Assembly: GCA_964574545.1 (NCBI GenBank)
Contig: CAZNOC010000001.1
Coordinates: 3,245 to 67,244, forward strand
From: an uncultured Bifidobacteriaceae bacterium
GTDB taxonomy: Bacteria > Acidobacteriota > Vicinamibacteria > Vicinamibacterales > UBA2999
Length of the DNA: 64,000 nt
Direction: 5' to 3'
The notes beneath the pieces are model-generated. The model was given only the letters and a program-made list of their open reading frames with translations. It made no database searches and had not been told where the DNA came from. How positions within the stretch are numbered: position 1 is the first letter of the stretch; each line of letters opens with the position of its first letter. The translations under genes and the position numbers were made by a program. Of this stretch, positions 26,834 through 35,516 are shown piece after piece.

Positions 26834-28677
26834 CGGGCCTGTTCGGGTGGCTGCCGCGCGACGCGTCCGACCCGACCGGTGTCGTGTCGGCCATGGCCTG
26901 CGCCCTGGCGGCTCATCCGGGTGAGGCGTGGGCGGTGCACACCGGCCACGGCTACGGCATGGGCGTGATTGACGGGGTAGCGCCGGCCCGCGTCGCCGAG
27001 TGGGCGGCGCCTGTGTGCTCGCCGAACGGCCGCCACTCCTTGTGGTTCGCCGGCGAGATCTTCGACGCCCCCGGGCTCTCCCTCGAGGCGCCGCAGGACG
27101 CTCCCGCATCGGCGAGTCGCGCGTGGCTGCTGCAGCGGCTCATCGACGAGGGCCCGTCCTCTCTCCGCGCGGTGGACGGCGAGTATCAGATCGCATGGTG
27201 GGACGCCGCCGGCCAGACGCTCACGCTCCTGTCGGATCGGTTCGGGGGCCTCTCCTGGTACTGGGCGCGCACGCCGGGGGGCGTCGCGTTCGCCTCGGGT
27301 GTGCGCGGCGTGCTGATGGCGCCCGGCATGTCGTGCGAGCCGGACGTCGAAGCACTCCGCGACGTCACGACGTTCGGCGGCTACCGGCTCGGGGCGCACA
27401 CGAACGTCGATGCCGTACGGATGTTCCCGTGCGCGCTGCACGCCACGCTCACCGCCTCCGACGTCCGGGTGGCACGCTACTGGTCGTGGAGCGAGGTCGT
27501 CGAGCGGCCGCACGCCTCGCTCGACGAGGCGGCGGAGACGGCGGCCGGTCTGTGGCGGGCGTCGATGACGCGCCGGCTGCGCGGCGCCGCGCGGCCGGGT
27601 CAAACGCTGAGCGGCGGTCTCGACAGCCGGGCCATTCTGGCCGAGGCCGCCGCCCAGGGCGTGCCGTGGACCGCCATCACCTATGGACTGCCCGGGTGCG
27701 ACGATGCGCGCTTCGCGAAGCGCGCGGCAGAGCAGGCCAACGCGTCGTGGCGGTTCGAGCCGCTCTACGCGGATGACTGGCTGGCCCGGCGCACCGCCCA
27801 TGTCCAGCACACCGATGGCCTCATCCAGTTGGGCGACCTGATGCATCTCGAGGTCCTGCCCCTGCAGGTGGCGCACCTGGACGTCCACCTCTCCGGCTAC
27901 ATCGGCGACGTGGTGGCCGGCGCCACCGACGGCCAGGCCCAGACGCGCGAAACCGCCATGCTGGCGCTCCCGTACTACGAGACGCCCATCAGCCGGGGCT
28001 GGCACGGAGCCATGGCCCGCGTCGAGGCGGTGACGGAGAACCCCGCGTGGCTCGACACGCGCTTCCTTCTCTTCGAGCACAAGCGGCCGCAGGCCACCAA
28101 CCGCTGGAGCCATGCGTGGCGCCCCTGGTTGCGCGTGCGCAAGCCGTTCCTCGACTACGCGTTCTTCGATTTCTGCCAGTCCCTGCCCTGGGATCTCCGC
28201 GGGCGACAGCGCGTGTACGAAGTCTGGCTGCGCCGCCACTACCCGGCGTTCTTCGCGCGAATTCCAAACCACCGTACCGGCGCTCCCATTCTGTCGGCGC
28301 CCTGGCGCCTGCAGGCAGCACGGGCGTCGCGGGTGGCGCGTCGCGCGTGGCTGAGGGTCGCCGGGGGGCTGGGGCTCCCGCACCAACCGTGGCACCGAAA
28401 CTATTCTGACGACCAGACGTACTGGTCGATGCCCGACACCCGGCGCTCGATCACCGAGACCGTGCTCAGGCCGGGGTCGGTCGCGTGTACGGTGCTGGGG
28501 CGGGCAGCCGTGGCCCAGCTGCTCGACGAGTGGTTCACGCGCGGCGCCGCACCCGCGCAGGTGGTCGGGGGGCTGTACGTGTTCGAGCGGTATCATCAGG
28601 ACCTCGGGGCGCACCTCGGCTCGGCCCGCCAGGCCGCCGCGCGCGGAGGTGTGGAGGGGGGAGTGAGCGGGTCATGA
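26830..28677 (+). CDS. asparagine-synthase-family protein lacking the N-terminal Cys nucleophile
   Basis: GTG at 26830 (GTGA overlap) gives 'TGLFGW...' instead of 'CGI'. PP-loop 'LSGGLDSRAI' is present. The in-frame upstream residues ('GVV') contain no Cys. Confidence 0.7.
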   Translation: MTGLFGWLPRDASDPTGVVSAMACALAAHPGEAWAVHTGHGYGMGVIDGVAPARVAEWAAPVCSPNGRHSLWFAGEIFDAPGLSLEAPQDAPASASRAWLLQRLIDEGPSSLRAVDGEYQIAWWDAAGQTLTLLSDRFGGLSWYWARTPGGVAFASGVRGVLMAPGMSCEPDVEALRDVTTFGGYRLGAHTNVDAVRMFPCALHATLTASDVRVARYWSWSEVVERPHASLDEAAETAAGLWRASMTRRLRGAARPGQTLSGGLDSRAILAEAAAQGVPWTAITYGLPGCDDARFAKRAAEQANASWRFEPLYADDWLARRTAHVQHTDGLIQLGDLMHLEVLPLQVAHLDVHLSGYIGDVVAGATDGQAQTRETAMLALPYYETPISRGWHGAMARVEAVTENPAWLDTRFLLFEHKRPQATNRWSHAWRPWLRVRKPFLDYAFFDFCQSLPWDLRGRQRVYEVWLRRHYPAFFARIPNHRTGAPILSAPWRLQAARASRVARRAWLRVAGGLGLPHQPWHRNYSDDQTYWSMPDTRRSITETVLRPGSVACTVLGRAAVAQLLDEWFTRGAAPAQVVGGLYVFERYHQDLGAHLGSARQAAARGGVEGGVSGS

Positions 28678-30092
28678 GCGCATTCCTTGTGGCGCTCGTG
28701 GTGTCGGGCGGCATCCTCGTCGGTGACTGGATCGGCAGCGCGGCGGTGGCCGCCCTGATCGCGGCGTGGTGGCTGGTGCGTGGAGCGGATGGTCCGCCGG
28801 TGCTCTTCTTCGCACTTGCCTTCCAGTGGGTGCAGGTCTCGATCGGCATCTTCTACGTCGCCGTTTCCGGCCGCACGCTCGCCGCAACGACCGCGTCCGA
28901 CTACCGACCCATGCTGCTCATCGGGCTTGGCTGCATCCTGTCGCTGGCCGCCGGCCTGCGGGTCGGCATGCGCCTCGTCGCGTCAAGGACCACGCCGCGT
29001 CCGATCAACGACCCCCTCATGGGGCTCAAGTCGCTCGTCCTGATCTACGCGGGACTCGTGGTCACTGCCGGGGGGGTGCAGCAGCTCGCGTGGCAGTACC
29101 CCGTGTTCACGCAGGCCATCCTGGCGATCAGCTTCATCCGGCTCGGGCTCGTGTACCTGATCCTGCGGCGGCTCACCCTTCCCTCGCCGGACTTCCCGAA
29201 GATCGGCGCGCTCCTGCTCGTCGAAGTGGTGCTCGGGCTGACCGGGTTCTTCGCCGGCTTCCGCGAGCCGCTCATCCTGGCCGCGATCGCGCTGTCGGAG
29301 GTGTTCGATCGGCGGCGGGCCAGCCACTGGGCGACCGCCAGCGGAGTCGTCGGGACGATCGTCCTCGTCGGCGCGTTCTGGGCCGGCGTGCGCGGCGAGT
29401 ACCGCCAGGACTTCTACGAGGTCGAGGCGTTCGCGGAATCACGAGCGATGCGTCTCGAGCGCATCAACGTGCTCGCCGGACAGTGGACGCGCCGCGACGC
29501 GCAGGAGCTGCTCTGGGACATCGATTTCCTGGTCGATCGATTGTGGGCCATCTACTATCCGTCGCTCGCCGTCGAGCGCGTGCCGAGGGTCGTACCGCAC
29601 ACCGATGGCACCATCCTCGGGGGCGCGCTGCGGCACATCGTGACGCCGCGCGTCTTCTTCCCCGACAAGCCGACGCTGCCGTCCGACAGCGAGATGGTCC
29701 GCACCTACTCCGGTGTGCTCGTCGCGGGTGCCGAAGAGGACACCAGCATCGCCTTCGGCTATGCCGCGGAAGGCTACGTGGATTTCGGGGTGCCCCTCAT
29801 GTTCGTCCCCGTGCTCATCTGGGGCCTGTTCCTGGGCGCGGCTTACCAGACGCTGCTCGTCGTGATCCGGCATCGCGAGCTCGCCATCCCGCTGATTGCC
29901 GTGGTCTTCTGGCTCTCGGTGTACCTGTTCGAGCGATCGTGGATCAAGTGGATGGGCTCGACCGGCACGCTCTTGATCTATGTCGGCGGGCTCACCTACC
30001 TGATCGACTGGTGGTTCCGGCAGCGGGTGCCTGACGGAGACGCGCACGGCGATCCCGCCCCGTCATGGACGCATCCCATCGGCCGGCGATGA
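28674..30092 (+). CDS. polytopic membrane protein of unknown family (candidate polymerase/flippase/other)
   Basis: ATG at 28674 (ATGA overlap). Many hydrophobic segments at the N-terminus, a hydrophilic central region ('EYRQDFYEVEAFAESRAMRLERINVLAGQW...FFPDKPTLPSDSEM') and further TM segments at the C-terminus. 472 aa. Confidence 0.6.
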   Translation: MSAFLVALVVSGGILVGDWIGSAAVAALIAAWWLVRGADGPPVLFFALAFQWVQVSIGIFYVAVSGRTLAATTASDYRPMLLIGLGCILSLAAGLRVGMRLVASRTTPRPINDPLMGLKSLVLIYAGLVVTAGGVQQLAWQYPVFTQAILAISFIRLGLVYLILRRLTLPSPDFPKIGALLLVEVVLGLTGFFAGFREPLILAAIALSEVFDRRRASHWATASGVVGTIVLVGAFWAGVRGEYRQDFYEVEAFAESRAMRLERINVLAGQWTRRDAQELLWDIDFLVDRLWAIYYPSLAVERVPRVVPHTDGTILGGALRHIVTPRVFFPDKPTLPSDSEMVRTYSGVLVAGAEEDTSIAFGYAAEGYVDFGVPLMFVPVLIWGLFLGAAYQTLLVVIRHRELAIPLIAVVFWLSVYLFERSWIKWMGSTGTLLIYVGGLTYLIDWWFRQRVPDGDAHGDPAPSWTHPIGRR

Positions 30093-30102
30093 CGCCGCTT
30101 TC

Positions 30103-30747
30103 ATGACCAGCAGCCTCGTCTACTGGACGCTCCATGCCCTGCACCTCCGCGCGGCGGCCACGCAGACGACCGCGGCCGAGCGCGCGTGCCTGGCAAGACA
30201 CGCCAAGGGTCGGGTGGCGATCGTGGAGCTTGGGGTGATGCACGGCGCCACCACGCGGCTGTTGTCTGAGGCGGCCGCCTCCAACGGGCGTGTGACCGCC
30301 GTTGATCCCTTTCCCCCGGGGAGGCTCGGCGTGAGCTTCGAGTACGCGATCTCCCGCCGCGAGGCGCCGCGTGGCGCCGGCGCGCCATGCCGGTTTCTCC
30401 GGCAGACGAGCGATGCCGCGCTCCTGGACTGGCGCGATCCGATTGACTTCCTCTTCATCGACGCCGATCACTCGTGGGCGGCGATCGAGCGCGACTGGCA
30501 CGGGTGGACGCCGTTCGTGGTCGAAGGCGGCCTCGTCGCCCTCCACGACAGTCGTCCACTGGCAGGGAGGCCGATCTACGACTCCGTGCGCTTCACCGAG
30601 ACGGTCGTGTTGCCCGACCCCGCGTTTTCGGTCGTGGAGACCGCGGACTCGCTGACCGTGGTGCGCCGGATCGCGCCCGCGCTCCGCCCGGATCCGCCGC
30701 CCGCCGCCGGCGTGGTGCGCCCGTCGAACGCCAGTGGCCGGGGATGA
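30103..30747 (+). CDS. class I SAM-dependent methyltransferase (Methyltransf_24-like)
   Basis: 'VAIVELGVMHGATTRLL' and 'FLFIDADHSWAAIERDW...GGLVALHD'. Confidence 0.7.
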   Translation: MTSSLVYWTLHALHLRAAATQTTAAERACLARHAKGRVAIVELGVMHGATTRLLSEAAASNGRVTAVDPFPPGRLGVSFEYAISRREAPRGAGAPCRFLRQTSDAALLDWRDPIDFLFIDADHSWAAIERDWHGWTPFVVEGGLVALHDSRPLAGRPIYDSVRFTETVVLPDPAFSVVETADSLTVVRRIAPALRPDPPPAAGVVRPSNASGRG

Positions 30748-31898
30748 AGGTCGTGCACGTCTCGGCGTACTTCGCTCCGGCGTTCGGATTCGGCGGCCCG
30801 CCGCGCAGCCTCCTCGCGCTGTGCCGCGCCCAGCAGGACGCGGGGCTCGACGTCGAGGTCTTCACGACGACGGCCAACCGTGGTGCCGAGCTGCCGGCAC
30901 GACCCGACGGCGAGCTGGTCGAGGGCATTCCCGTCCGTCGCTTCCCGCTCGGCTGGCCCCGGGCGTGGCTGGGCGGCCGGTCCATGGCCGGGCCGCTCGC
31001 GTCGAGCGCGCACGCGGCCGACGTGGTGCATCTGCATGGGCTCTTCAACCGGACGATCTGGATGGCCGGGAGCGTGATGCGCGGCGCGAGCGTCCCCTAT
31101 GTCCTGTCGCCCCGCGGCATGCTGGAACCGCCGGCGCTTGCGCACCACCGATGGCGGAAGCATGCCGCCTTCCTGGCGCGCGACCGCGGGATCCTTGCGC
31201 GAGCGGCCCGCTGGCACGCGACGTCGCCCGGCGAGGCCGAGACCCTGCGCGCGCGGAGCGGCGCGCGGCCGGTCGTGGAGATCCCGAACAGCGTCGAGAT
31301 CAGTGATGCCGGCGGGGAGGCCCGACGCTCGGCGCGGCTGGCCGCGGGCGGCGGCGACGGGCGGCCGTTCATTCTCTTTCTCGGCCGCATTCATCCGATC
31401 AAGCGCCTCGACCTCCTCGCAGACGCCTTCCGCCGCGTGGCAGAGATGCGGCCCGATCTGGACCTCGTGATCGCGGGCCCCGACGAATCCGGGCACCGTG
31501 CGCGGCTCGCGCCACGGTTCGCGCCGCTCGGTACCCGCGTGCACTGGGTGGGGAGCGTCGACGGCATGGTGAAGGCCGGGCTGCTCGCCGAAGCGCGCGC
31601 ACTGGTCCTCTGTTCGGACTCCGAGAGCTTCGGCATGAGCGTCGCGGAAGCCCTCGCCGCCGGGACGCCCGCCGTCGTGACCCGCACGTGTCCCTGGCCG
31701 TCGATCGCGCAGGCGGGGGCCGGATTCTGGGTCGAGCAGGACGGGGCGGCCATCGCCGATGCGTTACGGCAGCTCGTTGCCGACGAGACGCTCGCCGCGG
31801 CCATGGGCCGGCAGGGCCGGGCGCTCGTGGCAGCGGAGTTCAGCGCGACGGCGGTGGCGCGCCGCTGGGTCAGCCTCTACGCAAGCCTGAACGGATGA
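30744..31898 (+). CDS. glycosyltransferase family 4
   Basis: ATG at 30744 (ATGA overlap). 'MKVVHVSAYFAPAFGFGGPPRS'. E-x7-E 'SESFGMSVAEALAAG'. Confidence 0.8.
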   Translation: MKVVHVSAYFAPAFGFGGPPRSLLALCRAQQDAGLDVEVFTTTANRGAELPARPDGELVEGIPVRRFPLGWPRAWLGGRSMAGPLASSAHAADVVHLHGLFNRTIWMAGSVMRGASVPYVLSPRGMLEPPALAHHRWRKHAAFLARDRGILARAARWHATSPGEAETLRARSGARPVVEIPNSVEISDAGGEARRSARLAAGGGDGRPFILFLGRIHPIKRLDLLADAFRRVAEMRPDLDLVIAGPDESGHRARLAPRFAPLGTRVHWVGSVDGMVKAGLLAEARALVLCSDSESFGMSVAEALAAGTPAVVTRTCPWPSIAQAGAGFWVEQDGAAIADALRQLVADETLAAAMGRQGRALVAAEFSATAVARRWVSLYASLNG

Positions 31899-33007
31899 AC
31901 TCACCTCCACGGCGCGCCGTTCTGCTGACGCCAACCGTGACGGGCGCCGACGGGATCTCGTGCCTCGCGAGACAGGTGGCGGGCGCCCTCGTCGAGATGA
32001 CCCCGGACGGTCAGGTGGAGGTCTGGACGCTGTCGGAACCGGATGTGCGCGCCGGCGTCCTCGGACCGCGCATCGCCGTGCACGCGTCGGGCGGGCGTAG
32101 GGTGCAATACGTGGCGCGGGCGCTGGCCGCGTCCCGCCACGACTGGGACGGTGCGATCGTGGTCGTCCTGCACGTGCATCTCCTGCCGGTGGCATGGCCG
32201 CTCGTCGCCCGGGGCGCCTGTCTCGTTCCCGTGCTGGTCGGGATTGAATCCTGGCGCGCGCTGGGTCCCCTGAGGCGCCGCATGCTCGCGCGCGTGCCAC
32301 GCGCGGTGGCCATCTCCGCGCATACGGCTCGCGAGTTCGTGCGCGCCAACCCGGACCTGGCGGCGCTCCCGGTCGATGTGTGCCACCCGGCCGTGCCACC
32401 GCTGATCTCCCCGGGCCGGTCACCCGTCGATCCGGACCCGCCGTTCGCCCTGATCGTCGGACGGATGTCACAGAACGAACGCTACAAGGGACACGACCTG
32501 TTGATCGACATCTGGCCGGAGGTCCGCGCACGTGCGCGCAACGCGCGGCTGGTCGTGGCCGGCGGCGGTGACGACCTGGCCAGGTTGGCCGAGCGCGCGT
32601 CACGCGCGGGGCTTGGCGGGGCGATCACCTTCACGGGGCCGGTACCGGACGACGCGCTTGCGGCGCTCTATCGGGATTGCGCGTTCTTCGTCCTGCCCAG
32701 CCTTCACGAGGGATTCGGCCTCGTGCTGCTCGAGGCCATGAGCCGCGGCAAGGCCTGCATCGGGGGCGTGGGCGCCGCCTCGGAGATCATCGACCACGGG
32801 ACGACAGGCTTCATCGTCACTCCCGCTCGTCCCCAGGAGGTGACCGACGCGCTCGTCACCCTGTTCGCCGACGAGCCGGGGCGCGCCCGCCTGGGCGCTG
32901 CGGGCCTGGCACGCGCGCGGACGGACTTCGCGGCCGCACGCTTCGCGCGCGATCTTGCGGCCTCAATTCAGCGCGCCTGCCCGGTGGCGTCGTCCGCATC
33001 ATGTTAA
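31895..33007 (+). CDS. glycosyltransferase family 4
   Basis: ATG at 31895 (ATGA overlap). 'ERYKGHDLLI' and E-x7-E 'HEGFGLVLLEAMSRG'. Confidence 0.8.
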   Translation: MNSPPRRAVLLTPTVTGADGISCLARQVAGALVEMTPDGQVEVWTLSEPDVRAGVLGPRIAVHASGGRRVQYVARALAASRHDWDGAIVVVLHVHLLPVAWPLVARGACLVPVLVGIESWRALGPLRRRMLARVPRAVAISAHTAREFVRANPDLAALPVDVCHPAVPPLISPGRSPVDPDPPFALIVGRMSQNERYKGHDLLIDIWPEVRARARNARLVVAGGGDDLARLAERASRAGLGGAITFTGPVPDDALAALYRDCAFFVLPSLHEGFGLVLLEAMSRGKACIGGVGAASEIIDHGTTGFIVTPARPQEVTDALVTLFADEPGRARLGAAGLARARTDFAAARFARDLAASIQRACPVASSASC

Positions 33008-34761
33008 TCCTCGGACTCAACGCGTATCACGGCGACGTGTCGGCCGTGCTGCTTCGCGACGGCGATCTCGTGGCTGCCGTCGAAGAGGAGCGATTCAGGC
33101 GGATCAAGCACTGCGCCGGCGTGCCAGCGCTCGCCATTCAGGCCTGCCTGCGGATGGCCGGCGCGAGCTCCGGCGACGTGGACTGGTTCGCCGTTCCCCG
33201 GCTGCCTCGCGCCCATCTGTGGCGCAAAGCGCGGTTCGCCCTGACCCATCGCCCCGGCCGCACCCTGGCGCGCGCGTACCGCCGGAGCCAGGCTCGCCAT
33301 GGCGACCTCGCGGGGGTGCTGGAGTCGGTCCTGGGTCTGCCGGCCGGCCATGCACGTGAGCGGATGCGGTTCGTCGAGCATCACCCGGCACACCTGGCCA
33401 GCGCCTTCTACGCGAGCGGGTTCGACGAGGCCGCGGTGTGCGCCATCGACGGGTTCGGCGATTTCGTCAGCACGTCGGTCGGGCACGGCCGCGGTTCCGC
33501 GATCGACGTTCGCCATCGCACGTTCTTCCCGCATTCGCTCGGGCTGCTCTACCTCGCTCTGACGCAGTACCTCGGGTTCACGCACTACGGCGACGAGTAC
33601 AAGGTCATGGGGCTGGCGCCGTACGGGACACCGCGTCACGCGGATCGCGTTGCCCGCCTGGTGCACCTGTTGCCCGACGGCAGGTTCTCGCTCGCCCTCG
33701 AGTACTTCCGGCACTGGTCCGAGGACGTGGCGATGCAGTGGGACGACGGGGCCCCCGTGGTCGACCGTGTCTGGACACCCGAGCTCGAGGCGTTGCTGGG
33801 GCCGGCGCGCCGGCCCGAGGATCCCGTCACCTCCCGCCACGAGGATCTCGCCGCCTCCCTGCAGGTGTGTTTCGAGGAGTCGGCGTTCCACGTCCTGCGT
33901 GGCGCGCACGCGCGCGTGCCGCTCGACAGGCTGTGCCTTGCCGGCGGCTGTGCGATGAACAGCGTGGCGAACGGCAAGATTCGACACGAAACGCCCTTTG
34001 CGGAGGTCTACGTTCAGCCGGCGGCCGGCGACAACGGCACGGCGCTCGGCGCGGCGCTCGCCGTCTGGCACGATCAGCTGGCCCAGCCGCGTGCCGGGCG
34101 CATGGAGCACGCCTACTGGGGCACGGCGTACGACGAACCCGAACTGCGGAGCGCGCTCGAGACGAGCGGGCTGCTCGATCCTGGCCGCTCGGTTCACCGG
34201 TTCGTCGAGGACGAGGCGGAACTCTGCGATCTCGTGGCGCGTCATCTCGCGGCCGGTGCGGTCGTCGGGTGGTTCCAGGGGCGCATGGAGTGGGGCGCGC
34301 GCGCGCTCGGCAACCGCAGTATCCTCGCCGATCCGAGGCGCGCCGACATGCGCGAGATCATCAACACGAAGATCAAGTTTCGCGAGCGATTCCGTCCCTT
34401 CGCGCCGTCAATCGTGGAGGAAGCGCTCGACGACTACTTCGTGGGCGCCGTGCCGGATCCGTTCATGGCCCAGGTCTACCCTGTACGCGAGGACAAACGC
34501 GACGTCATCCCCGCGGTGACCCACGTGGACGGATCGGGCCGCCTGCAGGCCGTGAGCCGGCGCTCGAACCCCCGCTACTGGACGCTGATTCGCGCGTTCG
34601 AGGCGCACACCGGCGTGCCCGTGCTCCTCAACACCTCCTTCAACGAGAACGAACCCATCGTGGAGCACCCGCGGCAGGCGATCGACTGCTTCCTTCGCAC
34701 GGACATGGACGTCCTCGTGCTCGGTGCGCACGTGCTGAGGCGGAGGAGGGCGGACGAATGA
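33001..34761 (+). CDS. carbamoyltransferase (NodU/CmcH family)
   Basis: ATG at 33001. 'MLILGLNAYHGDVSAVLLRDGDLVAAVEEERFRRIKH', 'FVEHHPAHLASAF', 'GGCAMNSVANG' and 'VLLNTSFNENEPIV'. Confidence 0.9.
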   Translation: MLILGLNAYHGDVSAVLLRDGDLVAAVEEERFRRIKHCAGVPALAIQACLRMAGASSGDVDWFAVPRLPRAHLWRKARFALTHRPGRTLARAYRRSQARHGDLAGVLESVLGLPAGHARERMRFVEHHPAHLASAFYASGFDEAAVCAIDGFGDFVSTSVGHGRGSAIDVRHRTFFPHSLGLLYLALTQYLGFTHYGDEYKVMGLAPYGTPRHADRVARLVHLLPDGRFSLALEYFRHWSEDVAMQWDDGAPVVDRVWTPELEALLGPARRPEDPVTSRHEDLAASLQVCFEESAFHVLRGAHARVPLDRLCLAGGCAMNSVANGKIRHETPFAEVYVQPAAGDNGTALGAALAVWHDQLAQPRAGRMEHAYWGTAYDEPELRSALETSGLLDPGRSVHRFVEDEAELCDLVARHLAAGAVVGWFQGRMEWGARALGNRSILADPRRADMREIINTKIKFRERFRPFAPSIVEEALDDYFVGAVPDPFMAQVYPVREDKRDVIPAVTHVDGSGRLQAVSRRSNPRYWTLIRAFEAHTGVPVLLNTSFNENEPIVEHPRQAIDCFLRTDMDVLVLGAHVLRRRRADE

Positions 34762-35516
34762 CGGCCGGTGGATCCACGGACGCCCGCTTCGCGAAATACG
34801 ACGAGATGGGCGCCTACCACTGGCGCGAGACCGGCAGGCACTGGGTCTGGCACCACGCGTTCACCGCGGAGCGGTACCGGCTGACGGCGCGCCTGGCCGG
34901 CGTGCTGGCCGGCAAGCGCGTGCTCGACTACGGCTGCGGGGACGGCGCGCTCCTGGGCTGGCTCGCGAAGCGCGAGCCCGCCGCCGTGCTGCACGGCTGC
35001 GATCCGAGTCCGACAGGCCTGGCCCTGGCCAGGCGGATGCTCGCGCATCGCGGCATCGGCGCCCGGCTGGCGGCGGACGCAGACGAGTTCGGCGTGGCGT
35101 CCATGGACGTCGTGCTCTGTACCGAGGTCATCGAGCACGTCCACGCCCCCCTGCACCTGCTGTCGGCCATCGACCGCGTGCTGGCGCCAGGCGGCGTCGC
35201 GGTCCTGACGACGCCCGTGCGCCTGACCGAGCGCCCCGAGGATCCCAATCATCAGCAGGAGTGGTTTCCGGGGGAGTTTCGCGGCCTGCTCGAGTCCGGC
35301 CCGCTGCGTGTCAGGGAGCACCGGTTGGCCATCCCTGCGGCGGCCGCGGAGATCTACTTCTGGCGTCCTCGCTTCCTGCTCAGGGCGCCGATCTTCCGCA
35401 TCGCGTGCAACCTGCTGTCGATCTACCTCGACGTGGATGCGCTGACCGCGCTCCACCCGCGCCCCCGGCTGCACATGCTGCAGGCGGCGGTGCTCGTGAA
35501 GGGCGAAACCGGCTGA
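34758..35516 (+). CDS. class I SAM-dependent methyltransferase
   Basis: ATG at 34758 (ATGA overlap). Motif I 'VLDYGCGDGAL' and 'VVLCTEVIEHVHAPLHLL...LAPGGVAVLTTP'. Confidence 0.8.
   Translation: MTAGGSTDARFAKYDEMGAYHWRETGRHWVWHHAFTAERYRLTARLAGVLAGKRVLDYGCGDGALLGWLAKREPAAVLHGCDPSPTGLALARRMLAHRGIGARLAADADEFGVASMDVVLCTEVIEHVHAPLHLLSAIDRVLAPGGVAVLTTPVRLTERPEDPNHQQEWFPGEFRGLLESGPLRVREHRLAIPAAAAEIYFWRPRFLLRAPIFRIACNLLSIYLDVDALTALHPRPRLHMLQAAVLVKGETG

Noticed and set aside
24389-27109. 906-aa antisense ORF opposite the bimodular glycosyltransferase
   Set aside because: It has the same R/G/P/A-rich composition and no recognisable domain. The sense strand has two clean GT4 cores. Similar antisense ORFs were rejected for the same reason: 12775-14403, 15680-17095, 18961-20310, 19928-21316, 21027-22361, 22906-24465, 26440-28614, 33004-34245, 36529-37584, 52754-55252 and 60532-62331.
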